DNA from: Burkholderiales bacterium
GTDB lineage: Bacteria; Pseudomonadota; Gammaproteobacteria; Burkholderiales; SG8-39
Direction of reading: 5' to 3'
NCBI GenBank assembly: GCA_035286595.1
Contig: DATEDA010000158.1
Span: 6-64,005 of the forward strand
Length of the DNA: 64,000 bases
A program made the position numbers and the translations under genes. Below, in pieces: positions 38,440 through 47,295 of the stretch. Under the pieces are notes generated by a model that was given only the letters and a program-made list of their open reading frames with translations, ran no database searches and had not been told where the DNA came from. How positions within the stretch are numbered: the first letter of the stretch is position 1; every line of letters begins with the position of its first letter.

Positions 38440-38676
38440 TTGGTCGACTTCCTCGAAAAGGCGAAGCGGTTCCTCTGGACGTTCGTCGAGCTTGCGTTCC
38501 TCGCGGTCCTGTCGATCGTGCTGATCTACCTGATCCTGGGCCAGGGCTCGGGCAGGTTCGTCGTTTCGGTCGTGGAGAACGTCACCGGCTTCGCGAACGC
38601 CGTGCCCACGCCGAGCTTCATCGGCCTGGCGATCATCCTCGCGCTCATCTACCTGATCCGGCAGCGTCTCAGGTAG
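38440..38676 (+). CDS. small two-TM membrane protein (paralog 2), unknown family
   Basis: TTG start lies 5 nt after GGAGGTGA. 78 aa with the same architecture as 38078..38311 and alignable to it (AK-x-aromatic-hydrophobic...L-x-x-LA-x-L). Confidence 0.5.
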   Translation: MVDFLEKAKRFLWTFVELAFLAVLSIVLIYLILGQGSGRFVVSVVENVTGFANAVPTPSFIGLAIILALIYLIRQRLR

Positions 38677-38688
38677 CGCAGTGGGCTT

Positions 38689-38713
38689 GAGCCTCCGCTT
38701 CGGGCGGAGGCTC
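38689..38713 (+). terminator. rho-independent-type terminator after the small membrane-protein pair
   Basis: Perfect 10-bp stem GAGCCTCCGC/GCGGAGGCTC with a 5-nt loop, followed by CTTTC (a weak U tract). Confidence 0.55.
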
Positions 38714-38746
38714 CTTTCGACCCCCGGTCCGGTTGCCGCGACGGCG

Positions 38747-38793
38747 GTAGGCCGGATTGCGGCCGCAGCAGTAGGCCGGATTGCGGCCGCAGC
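38747..38793. repeat. 24-bp tandem direct repeat (2 copies) upstream of hemW
   Basis: GTAGGCCGGATTGCGGCCGCAGC(A) occurs twice back to back. Each unit contains the palindrome TGCGGCCGCA. Confidence 0.7.
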
Positions 38794-38824
38794 GCTATAG
38801 TCCGGCCCGCAAACCGACCTTCGC

Positions 38825-40042
38825 ATGGCCGTCGCAGTCGTCTCTCCACGCTCGGGGTCCCGGGTGGCGCTCCGAGCGCTCCCGCCCCTTTCGCTCTACG
38901 TCCACCTCCCGTGGTGCGTGCGCAAGTGCCCGTACTGCGATTTCAACTCGCACGAGCTGCGCGGTGCGATGCCCGAGGCGGCCTACGTCGACGCGGTCGT
39001 CGCGGATCTCGACTCGGCGCTGCCTTCGGTCTGGGGGCGGCGCGTCCACTCGGTCTTCTTCGGCGGTGGCACGCCGAGCCTTTTCTCCGCCGCCGCGATC
39101 GAGCGCCTGCTGTCAGCGTTCCGCGCGCGGCTCCCGCTCGCGGCGGACGCCGAGATCACCCTGGAGGCGAACCCGGGCACGGTGGAGGCCGAGAAGTTCC
39201 GCGACTTCCGCGCCGCGGGCGTGAACCGGCTCTCCGTCGGCATCCAGAGCTTCGACCCGCGGCGGCTCGCGGCGCTCGGCAGGATCCACGACGATCGCGA
39301 GGCGCGGCATGCGGTGGAGGTGGCACGCGCTTACTTCGAGAACTTCAACCTCGATCTGATGTACGCGCTGCCCGAGCAGACGATCGCGGCGGCCGAGGCC
39401 GATGTCGCGGAAGCGATCGCCACCGGCGCGCCCCATCTTTCCTTCTATCACCTGACGATCGAGCCGAACACGGTCTTCCACAAGCATCCGCCGCCCCTGC
39501 CCGACGAGGACGCCGCGGCCGCGATCCACGAGCTCGTCGCCGCGCGGCTCGCGGGCGCGGGATACGCGCACTACGAGACCTCTGCGCATGCGCGGCCGGG
39601 TCTCGAGTCCCGGCACAATCTCAACTATTGGCGGTTCGGCGACTACCTCGGCATCGGCGCAGGCGCCCACTCGAAGGTCTCGTTCGCGGACCGGATCGTG
39701 CGCGAGATGCGCACGCGCAGCCCGGCCGAATACGTGCGGCGCGTCGCCGACGGCACGCAGGTCGCCGAGCGACGCGAGGTCGACGCGCGCGAGCTGCCGT
39801 TCGAGTTCATGATGAACGCCCTGCGCCTCACCGAGGGCTTCGAGATCGGGACGTTCGCGGATCGCACCGGGTTGCCGATCACGGTCGCCGGGAAAGCGCT
39901 TGCTGCAGCCGAAGCGAAGGGCCTCATCTCGCGCGACCATCTGCGCATTCGCCCGACCGACCTCGGCCGTCGATTCCTGAACGATCTGCTGCAGCTTTTC
40001 CTGCCGGAGCAGTCGCGGCGGGAGAAGGCGGAGCGGGCGTGA
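38825..40042 (+). CDS. hemW: radical SAM family heme chaperone HemW
   Basis: Motifs LYVHLPWCVRKCPYCDF (CxxxCxxC) and GGGTPS are present. 405 aa. Confidence 0.9.
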   Translation: MAVAVVSPRSGSRVALRALPPLSLYVHLPWCVRKCPYCDFNSHELRGAMPEAAYVDAVVADLDSALPSVWGRRVHSVFFGGGTPSLFSAAAIERLLSAFRARLPLAADAEITLEANPGTVEAEKFRDFRAAGVNRLSVGIQSFDPRRLAALGRIHDDREARHAVEVARAYFENFNLDLMYALPEQTIAAAEADVAEAIATGAPHLSFYHLTIEPNTVFHKHPPPLPDEDAAAAIHELVAARLAGAGYAHYETSAHARPGLESRHNLNYWRFGDYLGIGAGAHSKVSFADRIVREMRTRSPAEYVRRVADGTQVAERREVDARELPFEFMMNALRLTEGFEIGTFADRTGLPITVAGKALAAAEAKGLISRDHLRIRPTDLGRRFLNDLLQLFLPEQSRREKAERA

Positions 40043-40752
40043 AGCGCGTCGCGGCGCAGGTCAAGGCACTCACGTTCGACGTGTTCGGGACGGTCGTCGA
40101 CTGGCGCGGCTCGATCATCGCCGAAGGGCGCAAGCTCGGACGGCGGAAGAAGCTGGCCGTCGATTGGCCGGCCCTCGCCGACGCCTGGCGCGCCGGCTAC
40201 CGGCCCGCGATGGACCGTGTGCGCCGGGGCGAGCTGCCGTGGACCAACATCGACGGCCTGCACCGCAGGATCCTCGACGAGCTGCTCGAGCGCTTCCGGA
40301 TCGGGGGGCTCACCGAGGCCGAGAAGGCCGACTTCAACCGCGCGTGGCACCGGCTCGCGCCCTGGAAGGATTCCGTCGCCGGGCTGAGGCGGCTCAAGAA
40401 GAAGTACGTGATCGCGACGCTCTCGAACGGCAATGTCGCGTTACTGACCAACATGGCGAAGCACGCCGGGCTGCCTTGGGACTGTATCCTCTCCGCCGAG
40501 CTTCTCGGCCACTACAAGCCGGACCCGGAGGTCTATCTGGGAGCGGCCCGGCTGCTCGGTCTCGAGCCGGGCGAGGTCATGATGGTCGCCGCGCACAAGG
40601 ACGACCTCGACGCGGCGGCGCGCACGGGCCTACGGACGGCACTCGTCCGGCGGCCGATGGAGTTCGGGACCAAGCAGGAGGTGACGCCGGAGGCGCGCTT
40701 CGACTTCAACGCCAAGGACTTCGTCGACCTCGCCCGGCAGCTCGGGTGCTGA
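40039..40752 (+). CDS. HAD-superfamily hydrolase (haloacid dehalogenase type II-like)
   Basis: The GTG start overlaps the hemW stop (GTGA). Motifs FDVFGTVVDW, LSNGN and YKPDPEVY are present. Confidence 0.8.
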   Translation: MKRVAAQVKALTFDVFGTVVDWRGSIIAEGRKLGRRKKLAVDWPALADAWRAGYRPAMDRVRRGELPWTNIDGLHRRILDELLERFRIGGLTEAEKADFNRAWHRLAPWKDSVAGLRRLKKKYVIATLSNGNVALLTNMAKHAGLPWDCILSAELLGHYKPDPEVYLGAARLLGLEPGEVMMVAAHKDDLDAAARTGLRTALVRRPMEFGTKQEVTPEARFDFNAKDFVDLARQLGC

Positions 40753-41658
40753 CTAGACCCAGTCGCGCGGCACGAGAAACACCTCGTACAACCGCGCCTC
40801 GGGCGTTCCCGGCTCGGGGGCCCAGTCGTAGCGCCACTTCACCACCGGCGGAAGCGACATCAGGATCGACTCGGTGCGGCCGCCGGACTGCAGGCCGAAC
40901 AGCGTCCCGCGGTCGTAGACGAGGTTGAACTCCACGTAGCGCCCGCGCCGGTACGCCTGGAACTCGCGCTCGCGCTCGCCGTACGGCGTGTCGCGGCGGC
41001 GCTCGATGATCGGCAGGTACGCCGGCAGGAAGTGGTCGCCGACGCTGCGCGCAATGGCGAAGCAGGTCTCGAAGTCCGGTGCGCTCAGGTCGTCGAAGAA
41101 GATGCCGCCGACGCCGCGCGGCTCGCCGCGATGACGGAGATGGAAGTACTCGTCGCACCAGCGCTTGAGCCGGGGATGTAGCTCGGCGCCGAACGGGTCG
41201 AGCGCTTGCTTGCAGGTGCGATGAAAGTGGACCGCATCCTCCTCGAAGCCGTAGTACGGCGTGAGATCCATCCCGCCCCCGAACCACCACACCGGCGGTT
41301 CGCCGTCGCGCGTTGCGAGGAAGCAGCGCACGTTCATGTGCACCGTCGGCACGTAGGGATTGCCGGGGTGCATCACCAGCGAGACGCCCAGCGCCTCGAA
41401 GCCGCGCCCGGCAAGCTCGGCCCGAGCGGCGGTCGCGGAGGCCGGAAGCCGCGCTCCGGCAACGTGGGAGAAGTTGACGCCGCCGCGCTCCAGGACGCCG
41501 CTCGCCTCGATCACGCGTGAATCGCCGCCACCTCCCTCGGCGCGCGTCCATGCGTCCCGGCGGAACTTCCCGCCGTCGACCGCCTCGAGCGCGGCGACGA
41601 TGCGATCCTGCAGACCGGTGAAGTAGTCCCTGACCGCGACGACGTTCATGCGCCGCAT
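40753..41658 (-). CDS. hemF: oxygen-dependent coproporphyrinogen III oxidase
   Basis: Motifs [27 protein letters not shown] and [11 protein letters not shown] are present. An alternative ATG lies at 41649. Confidence 0.9.
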   Translation of the reverse strand: MRRMNVVAVRDYFTGLQDRIVAALEAVDGGKFRRDAWTRAEGGGGDSRVIEASGVLERGGVNFSHVAGARLPASATAARAELAGRGFEALGVSLVMHPGNPYVPTVHMNVRCFLATRDGEPPVWWFGGGMDLTPYYGFEEDAVHFHRTCKQALDPFGAELHPRLKRWCDEYFHLRHRGEPRGVGGIFFDDLSAPDFETCFAIARSVGDHFLPAYLPIIERRRDTPYGEREREFQAYRRGRYVEFNLVYDRGTLFGLQSGGRTESILMSLPPVVKWRYDWAPEPGTPEARLYEVFLVPRDWV

Positions 41659-41677
41659 TTAACCACAGCGACGCGGG

Positions 41678-42955
41678 CTAGCTCCTGCGGGGAGCGATGG
41701 CGCGGAACCCGATGTCGCGCCGGTACTGCATGCCTTCGAAGCGGATCGCGGACGCGATCTCGTAGGCGCGGCGTTGCGCGAGCTTGATGCTGTCGCCGAG
41801 CGCGGTGACGCACAACACCCGCCCGCCGTCGGTCACGAGCCGTCCGTCGCGGAGCGCGGTGCCGGCGTGGAAGATGTGATGGTCCTCGCCGTCCGGCGGC
41901 AGGTCGGCGATCGCGTCGCCCTTGCGCGGCGTCTCGGGATAGTTCGCCGCGGCGAGCACGACGCCGAGCGCGGCGCGCCGATCCCACACGGCCTCGACGC
42001 GGTCGAGGCGGCCGGCGGCCGCGGCGTCGATGAGCTCGAAGAGGTCGCTCTTCAGCCGCATGAGGATCGGCTGGGTCTCCGGGTCGCCCAGCCGGCAGTT
42101 GAACTCGAGCACCTTCGGGTTCCCCGCGCCGTCGATCATCAGCCCCGCATACAGGAAGCCCGAGTACGGGATGGCGTCGCGCGCGAGGCCGCGCACGGTC
42201 GGGGTGACGATCTCCCGGACGATCCGCGCGTGAAGCGCGGGCATGACGATCGGGGCGGGAGAGTACGCGCCCATGCCGCCCGTGTTGGGGCCCTTGTCGC
42301 CGTCGCGCAGCCGCTTGTGGTCCTGGGTCGTCGCAAGGGTGAGGCTCGCCTCGCCGTCGGCGAGCACGATGAAGCTCACCTCCTCGCCGTCCAGGTAATC
42401 CTCGATCACCAGCCGGCTCCCCGCATCGCCCATCGAACGCTCGACCAGGAGCCGGTCGACCGCCGCGTGCGCTTCGTCCGTCGTCGCCGCGACCACGACG
42501 CCTTTCCCCGCGGCGAGGCCGTCGGCCTTTACGACGATCGGCGCGCCTTTCGCGTCGACGTAAGCGTGCGCGGCGCGCGCCTCGGTGAAGCTCTGATAGC
42601 CGGCCGTGGGGATGCGATGGCGGAAGAGGAAGTTCTTCGCGAACGCCTTCGAGCTCTCGAGCTGCGCAGCGGCCCGGGTCGGCCCGAAGATCCGCAGGCC
42701 GCGCGCGCGGAAGAGATCGACGACGCCGGCGGCGAGCGGAGCCTCGGGGCCGACGACCGTGAGCTGGACGTTCTCGCGCGCAACGAAATCGGCGAGCTCG
42801 CCGTGGTCGGTGATGGGAACGTTCTCGACGCCGGGCTCGCGCGCCGTGCCACCGTTCCCGGGAGCGACCAACACCTTCTGGACGCGCGGGCTCTGCGCGA
42901 GCTTCCAGGCGATCGCATGCTCCCGGCCGCCGCCGCCGATGACGAGGAGCTTCAT
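41678..42955 (-). CDS. purD: phosphoribosylamine--glycine ligase
   Basis: [23 protein letters not shown] is the canonical PurD N-terminus. Confidence 0.9.
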   Translation of the reverse strand: MKLLVIGGGGREHAIAWKLAQSPRVQKVLVAPGNGGTAREPGVENVPITDHGELADFVARENVQLTVVGPEAPLAAGVVDLFRARGLRIFGPTRAAAQLESSKAFAKNFLFRHRIPTAGYQSFTEARAAHAYVDAKGAPIVVKADGLAAGKGVVVAATTDEAHAAVDRLLVERSMGDAGSRLVIEDYLDGEEVSFIVLADGEASLTLATTQDHKRLRDGDKGPNTGGMGAYSPAPIVMPALHARIVREIVTPTVRGLARDAIPYSGFLYAGLMIDGAGNPKVLEFNCRLGDPETQPILMRLKSDLFELIDAAAAGRLDRVEAVWDRRAALGVVLAAANYPETPRKGDAIADLPPDGEDHHIFHAGTALRDGRLVTDGGRVLCVTALGDSIKLAQRRAYEIASAIRFEGMQYRRDIGFRAIAPRRS

Positions 42956-42974
42956 TCGCGGACCGCCAGGCGCG

Positions 42975-44540
42975 TCAGTGCCGGAAGTGGCGGACGCCGG
43001 TGAACACCATCGCGAGCCCGAGCTCGTCGGCCGCGCCGATCACCTCGTCGTCGCGCACACTCCCGCCCGGTTGGATGACGGCTTTCGCGCCCGCCTGCGC
43101 GACCACGTCGACGCCGTCGCGGAACGGAAAGAACGCGTCGGAGGCGACCGCCGAGCCGGCCAGCGAGAGTCCCGCGCTCTGCGCCTTGAGGAAGGCGATC
43201 CGCGCGCTGTCGACGCGGCTCATCTGCCCGGCCCCCACCCCGAGGATCATGCCGCCGCCCGCGAACACGATGGCGTTCGATTTCACGAACTTCGCGACGC
43301 GCCAGGCGAAGAGCAGGTCCTCGACCTCCGCCGGCGTCGGGGGACGCCGGCTGACGACCTTGAGGTCGGCCGCGGTGACGTTGCGCGAGTCCGGCGTCTG
43401 GACGAGCACGCCGCCCCCGACCCGCTTCAGGTCGTAGCGTTGGACCTCGTCCCCCATCGGTACCGCGAGCACTCGCACGTTCTGCTTGCCGGCGAGCACC
43501 GCCGACGCCGCAGCGGTGACTTCGGGGGCGATCACGACCTCGACGAACTGCTTGGTCACCGCGTCGGCGGTCGCGCCGTCGAGCGCGCGGTTGAACGCGA
43601 TGATTCCGCCGAAGGCCGAGGTCGGGTCGGTCTGGAAAGCGCGCCGATAGGCGGTGACGAGGTCCGCGCCTTGAGCGACGCCGCACGGATTCGCGTGCTT
43701 GACGATCACGCACGCCGGCCGCTCGAACGTCTTCACGCACTCCCAGGCCGCGTCGGAATCGGCGATGTTGTTGTAGGAGAGCTCCTTGCCCTGGAGCTGC
43801 CGGTAGCCGGCGAGGCTCCCGGCCGCCGGCGCGGGGTCACGGTAGAACGCGGCGAGCTGGTGCGGGTTCTCGCCGTAGCGCAGGTCCTCGAGCTTCTCCC
43901 ACTGCAGCGTCAGACGGTCGGGGAAGGGCGCGAGCCTCAGTCCGGCGTCGAGGCCGGTGAGATAGTTCGCGATCGCCGCGTCGTAGGCGGCGGTGTGCGC
44001 GAAGGCCTTCTTCGCCAGCGCGAGCCGCGTCGCGGCGGAAAGCGAACCGCCGCGACGCTCGAGCTCGGCGATGACGGCCGCGTAGTCCGCCGGATCGGTC
44101 ACCACCGCCACGCCGGCATGATTCTTCGCCGCCGCGCGCACCATGGTCGGGCCGCCGACGTCGATGTTCTCGACCGCCTCGTCGAGGGTGCAATCGCTCC
44201 GGGCGACCGTCTGCTGGAACGGATAGAGATTGACGACGACCAGGTCGATCGGCTCGGCGCCGGCGTCCTTGATCGCCGCCATGTGGTCGGGCACGTCCCG
44301 CCGCGCGAGGAGACCGCCGTGGATCTTGGGGTGGAGCGTCTTCAGCCGGCCGTCCAGCATCTCGGGATAGCCGGTGTAGTCGGCGACCTCGGTGACGTTG
44401 AGGCCGCTCGCCGACAGCAGCTTGGCAGTGCCGCCGGTGGAGAGGATGCCGACGCCGAGCCGCGCGAGCGAGCGCGCGAGCTCGACGAGTCCGGTCTTGT
44501 CGGAGGCGCTGATCAGCGCCTGCCTGATGCGGATGTCCAT
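42975..44540 (-). CDS. purH: bifunctional AICAR transformylase / IMP cyclohydrolase
   Basis: [24 protein letters not shown] and a C-terminus ending RHFRH are present. Confidence 0.9.
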   Translation of the reverse strand: MDIRIRQALISASDKTGLVELARSLARLGVGILSTGGTAKLLSASGLNVTEVADYTGYPEMLDGRLKTLHPKIHGGLLARRDVPDHMAAIKDAGAEPIDLVVVNLYPFQQTVARSDCTLDEAVENIDVGGPTMVRAAAKNHAGVAVVTDPADYAAVIAELERRGGSLSAATRLALAKKAFAHTAAYDAAIANYLTGLDAGLRLAPFPDRLTLQWEKLEDLRYGENPHQLAAFYRDPAPAAGSLAGYRQLQGKELSYNNIADSDAAWECVKTFERPACVIVKHANPCGVAQGADLVTAYRRAFQTDPTSAFGGIIAFNRALDGATADAVTKQFVEVVIAPEVTAAASAVLAGKQNVRVLAVPMGDEVQRYDLKRVGGGVLVQTPDSRNVTAADLKVVSRRPPTPAEVEDLLFAWRVAKFVKSNAIVFAGGGMILGVGAGQMSRVDSARIAFLKAQSAGLSLAGSAVASDAFFPFRDGVDVVAQAGAKAVIQPGGSVRDDEVIGAADELGLAMVFTGVRHFRH

Positions 44541-44559
44541 CGCGGGTGACGGGTCCCAG

Positions 44560-44602
44560 ATGAAGGGTAATGCGGATGGCGCCCCGCGTCACCCGCCATC
44601 CG
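44560..44602. repeat. motif related to 32289..32312 plus a 9-bp hairpin in the fis-purH spacer
   Basis: ATGAAGGGTAATGCGGATGGCGCCCCG compares with GTGAAGGGTAAGGGTGGCGCCCCG. The hairpin is CGGATGGCG-N12-CGCCATCCG. Confidence 0.3.
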
Positions 44603-44609
44603 TCGACCG

Positions 44610-44852
44610 TCACACTTTTATCTTGTGCTGCTGGATCTTCTTCCGCAGGGTGTTGCGATTGATACCGAGCATCTCGGCAGCGATGGTCTGGTTGCCCTCG
44701 GCCTTGTCGAGCACCGTCTCGAGCATCGGCTTCTCCACGTTCTTGAGCACCATGTCGTAGATCGATCGCGGCCGCTCGCCGTCCAGGTCCTTGAAGTACC
44801 GCTCCAGCGACTTGCGCACGGTCTCGGAGATCTCACTCGACGTCTGCCTCAT
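44610..44852 (-). CDS. fis: DNA-binding transcriptional regulator Fis
   Basis: 80 aa from ATG MRQTSS. The C-terminal HTH reads GNQTIAAEMLGINRNTLRKKIQQH. The ATG overlaps the dusB stop (ATGA). Confidence 0.9.
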   Translation of the reverse strand: MRQTSSEISETVRKSLERYFKDLDGERPRSIYDMVLKNVEKPMLETVLDKAEGNQTIAAEMLGINRNTLRKKIQQHKIKV

Positions 44853-45862
44853 GCCGCCAACTCCTTTTGATTGTCGTAGCACGGGGATGGTTCTTGTTGC
44901 CCGAGCCTGGCGAGGAAGCGCTCGACCTCCGCGAGTTGCTCCTCGCACGACTCGAGCCGGTTCACCGTTGCGCGGAACTCGGCCGAGCCGGCGAGCCCCT
45001 TCGCGGTCCAGCCGATGTGCTTGCGCGCCACCTTGACGCCGGTCTCGCGCCCGTAGAACTCGTAGAGCTCCTCGAGGTGCGCGACCAGCGCTTCCCGGAT
45101 CTCCCCCGCCGTGGGCGGCGCCGGCCTGCGCCCGGTCTCAAGGAAGTGCTCGATCTCCCGGAACAACCACGGCGCTCCCTGAGCCGCGCGCCCGATCATG
45201 AGGCCGTCGGCCCCGGTGTAGTCGAGCACGCGCCTGGCGTCCTCGGGTGTCGTGATGTCGCCGTTCGCCACCACCGGCAGTCGCGTAGTCCGCTTCACCT
45301 CGCGGATGGTTTCGTACTCGGCGTGCCCCGCATACCCGCAGGCCCGGGTACGGCCGTGGATCGCGAGGAGGCGAACGCCGCTCTCCTCCGCGATCTTCGC
45401 GACGCGCACCGCGTTGCGGCGGTCGGGATCCCATCCGGTGCGGATCTTCAGCGTCACCGGGGTGTCGACGGCCTTCACGACCGCCCCCAGGATCCTCGCG
45501 ACCAGCGACTCGTCGCGTAGCAGCGCCGACCCGGCGGCCTGGTTGCAGACCTTCTTCGCCGGGCAGCCCATGTTGATGTCGATGATCTGGGCCCCGCCGT
45601 CGACCTGGTCGCGGGCGGCCGCGGCCATCATCTCCGGGTCGGCGCCGGCGATCTGCACCGAGATCGGCGTCGTCTCGCCGCGATGATCCGTGCGGCGGCG
45701 CGACTTCTCGGTTGCGCGGAGCCGCGGGTTCGACGCCACCATCTCGGAGACCGCGAGCCCGGCCCCGAATCGCTTGCAGAGGCGGCGGAAGGGTCGATCC
45801 GTGACACCGGCCATCGGCGCGACGAAAAGATTATTCCGCAGCACGTGCGTGCCGATCCGCAT
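44849..45862 (-). CDS. dusB: tRNA-dihydrouridine synthase B
   Basis: Motifs LFVAPMAGVTDRPFR and DINMGCPAKKV are present. The gene lies in the dusB-fis arrangement. Confidence 0.9.
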   Translation of the reverse strand: MRIGTHVLRNNLFVAPMAGVTDRPFRRLCKRFGAGLAVSEMVASNPRLRATEKSRRRTDHRGETTPISVQIAGADPEMMAAAARDQVDGGAQIIDINMGCPAKKVCNQAAGSALLRDESLVARILGAVVKAVDTPVTLKIRTGWDPDRRNAVRVAKIAEESGVRLLAIHGRTRACGYAGHAEYETIREVKRTTRLPVVANGDITTPEDARRVLDYTGADGLMIGRAAQGAPWLFREIEHFLETGRRPAPPTAGEIREALVAHLEELYEFYGRETGVKVARKHIGWTAKGLAGSAEFRATVNRLESCEEQLAEVERFLARLGQQEPSPCYDNQKELAA

Positions 45863-45898
45863 GCGTCAAACGGGGGAATTTATTGTGAGAGGAGCGCG

Positions 45899-45927
45899 AT
45901 TCTACGCTCAAAATTTTCCGCTTGGAA
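45899..45927 (-). promoter_or_regulatory. sigma-70-type promoter candidate for dusB-fis
   Basis: The minus strand reads TTCCAA-17 nt-TAGAAT, followed by the GC-rich discriminator CGCGCTCC. It sits in the most AT-rich intergenic tract of the window. Confidence 0.3.
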
Positions 45928-46137
45928 ACGAAATTGTGCGCTCCGCGCGACAAGAAACCGCAGCCTGCTAACGAGCGCGCCGCGCTCGCGCAGGCCGCGT
46001 CCATCAATCCGAAGAAAATACTGATTCACCGGAGATTTCCGCGCGAGTCTTCAAGTTGCGCTGGTCGCGCGAGGTCGGCGCGATGATTGCTTTCCGCGGC
46101 CGCGATGGAGAGCGGCGCGCGGCCGGCGCGCGGTGAG

Positions 46138-47295
46138 TCAGGGCGCGCCGCGAAGGCCGAGCATCATCCGCCGGGCGAACAGGCGGCGCGCCGGCGGGAC
46201 GAGATCGAGCGCGACGAGCCCGAGACCGCGCGCGGCGCGCAGCGGCGGGCTCGGATCGCCGAAGATGCCGGCCAGGAAGTTGGTCACGCCGATCGCAGCG
46301 AGCCGGTCGACGCGCCGCCGCACGCGATACTCGGCGAGGAAGGCCTCGCCGCCCAGCAGTGCCGGCGCCGTGCGGCGGATCAGTGCGGCGAGCTCCGCCG
46401 CGTCGCGCAACCCGAGGTTGAGTCCCTGGCCGGCGACCGGGTGCAGCGTCTGAGCCGCGTTGCCGACCGCGACCGCCCTCGGCCCGGCGACATTGGAGCG
46501 CCGGAACACGAGCCGCAACGGAACGCCCGCGCGCGGTCCGGCGGCGATGAAGCGGCCGAGCCGATGGCCAAAGCGCGCGCCGAGCGACGCGAGGAAGCGC
46601 TCACCACTTGCCTCGAGCAGGCGGGCTGCCTCGCCGGCGCGCACCGTCCACACGAGCGCGGAGGCGCCGTCGGCGTCCGGGAGCAGCGCGAGCGGCCCGT
46701 CGTCGGTGAAACGCTCCCAGGCGGTACCGCGCCGCACGATCTCGGTGCGCACCTGGGCGATGATGGCCGTCTGACCGTAGTCCCGCATCGCGAGATCGTC
46801 GCCGGCGATGTGACCGCCGTCGGCGAGCACGAGCAGCCGCGCCGCGATCTCCCTTCCCCCGTTGCCCGCGTCGACCACCACGCGGATCGCCTCGCCCTCG
46901 GCTCGCCACCCGACGACGTGCCCGGCGATGCGCTGCGCGGACGTGACCTCGGCCAGAACCGCAGCGAGCGCGCTGGCGTCGCAGACATAACCGAGCGCGG
47001 GCACGCCGTGGTCTTCCCGCCGGATGACGGTGCGCCCGAAGCCGCCGGCCTGGGAGACGTGGATCGTCTCGATCGGTGTCGCGGCGAACCGCCCGAACAG
47101 CCCGAAGCCCTCGAGAATCTGCCGGCTGCCGTGGGACAGGGCGATCGGTCGGAATGCGGCCGACGGCCGCGCCGCGGGCTCGACCAGCGCCACGTCGAGC
47201 CCGATCCCGCGCAGACCGAGCGCGACGGCGGCCCCGACCGGCCCGCCGCCGGCGATCAGGACATCGCACTCGCCGGCGCTCTCGATGGGTTTCAC
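46138..47295 (-). CDS. ubiH: UbiH/UbiF/VisC/COQ6 family FAD-dependent ubiquinone-biosynthesis hydroxylase
   Basis: The GTG start overlaps the pepP stop (GTGA). Motifs DVLIAGGGPVG and GNAAQTLHPVAGQGLNLGLRD are present. The pepP-ubiH order matches that in enterobacteria. Confidence 0.75.
   Translation of the reverse strand: MKPIESAGECDVLIAGGGPVGAAVALGLRGIGLDVALVEPAARPSAAFRPIALSHGSRQILEGFGLFGRFAATPIETIHVSQAGGFGRTVIRREDHGVPALGYVCDASALAAVLAEVTSAQRIAGHVVGWRAEGEAIRVVVDAGNGGREIAARLLVLADGGHIAGDDLAMRDYGQTAIIAQVRTEIVRRGTAWERFTDDGPLALLPDADGASALVWTVRAGEAARLLEASGERFLASLGARFGHRLGRFIAAGPRAGVPLRLVFRRSNVAGPRAVAVGNAAQTLHPVAGQGLNLGLRDAAELAALIRRTAPALLGGEAFLAEYRVRRRVDRLAAIGVTNFLAGIFGDPSPPLRAARGLGLVALDLVPPARRLFARRMMLGLRGAP

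Noticed and set aside
38747-38793. Possible CRISPR array or CRISPR remnant.
   Set aside because: There are only two directly adjacent repeat units with no spacer between them, and no cas genes in the window.
36727-38824. Integrase, transposase or tRNA attachment site that would define the islet as a classical genomic island or IS.
   Set aside because: No ORF with recombinase or transposase motifs and no tRNA-like cloverleaf was found on either strand. Only short edge repeats are present, and these are reported separately at low confidence.
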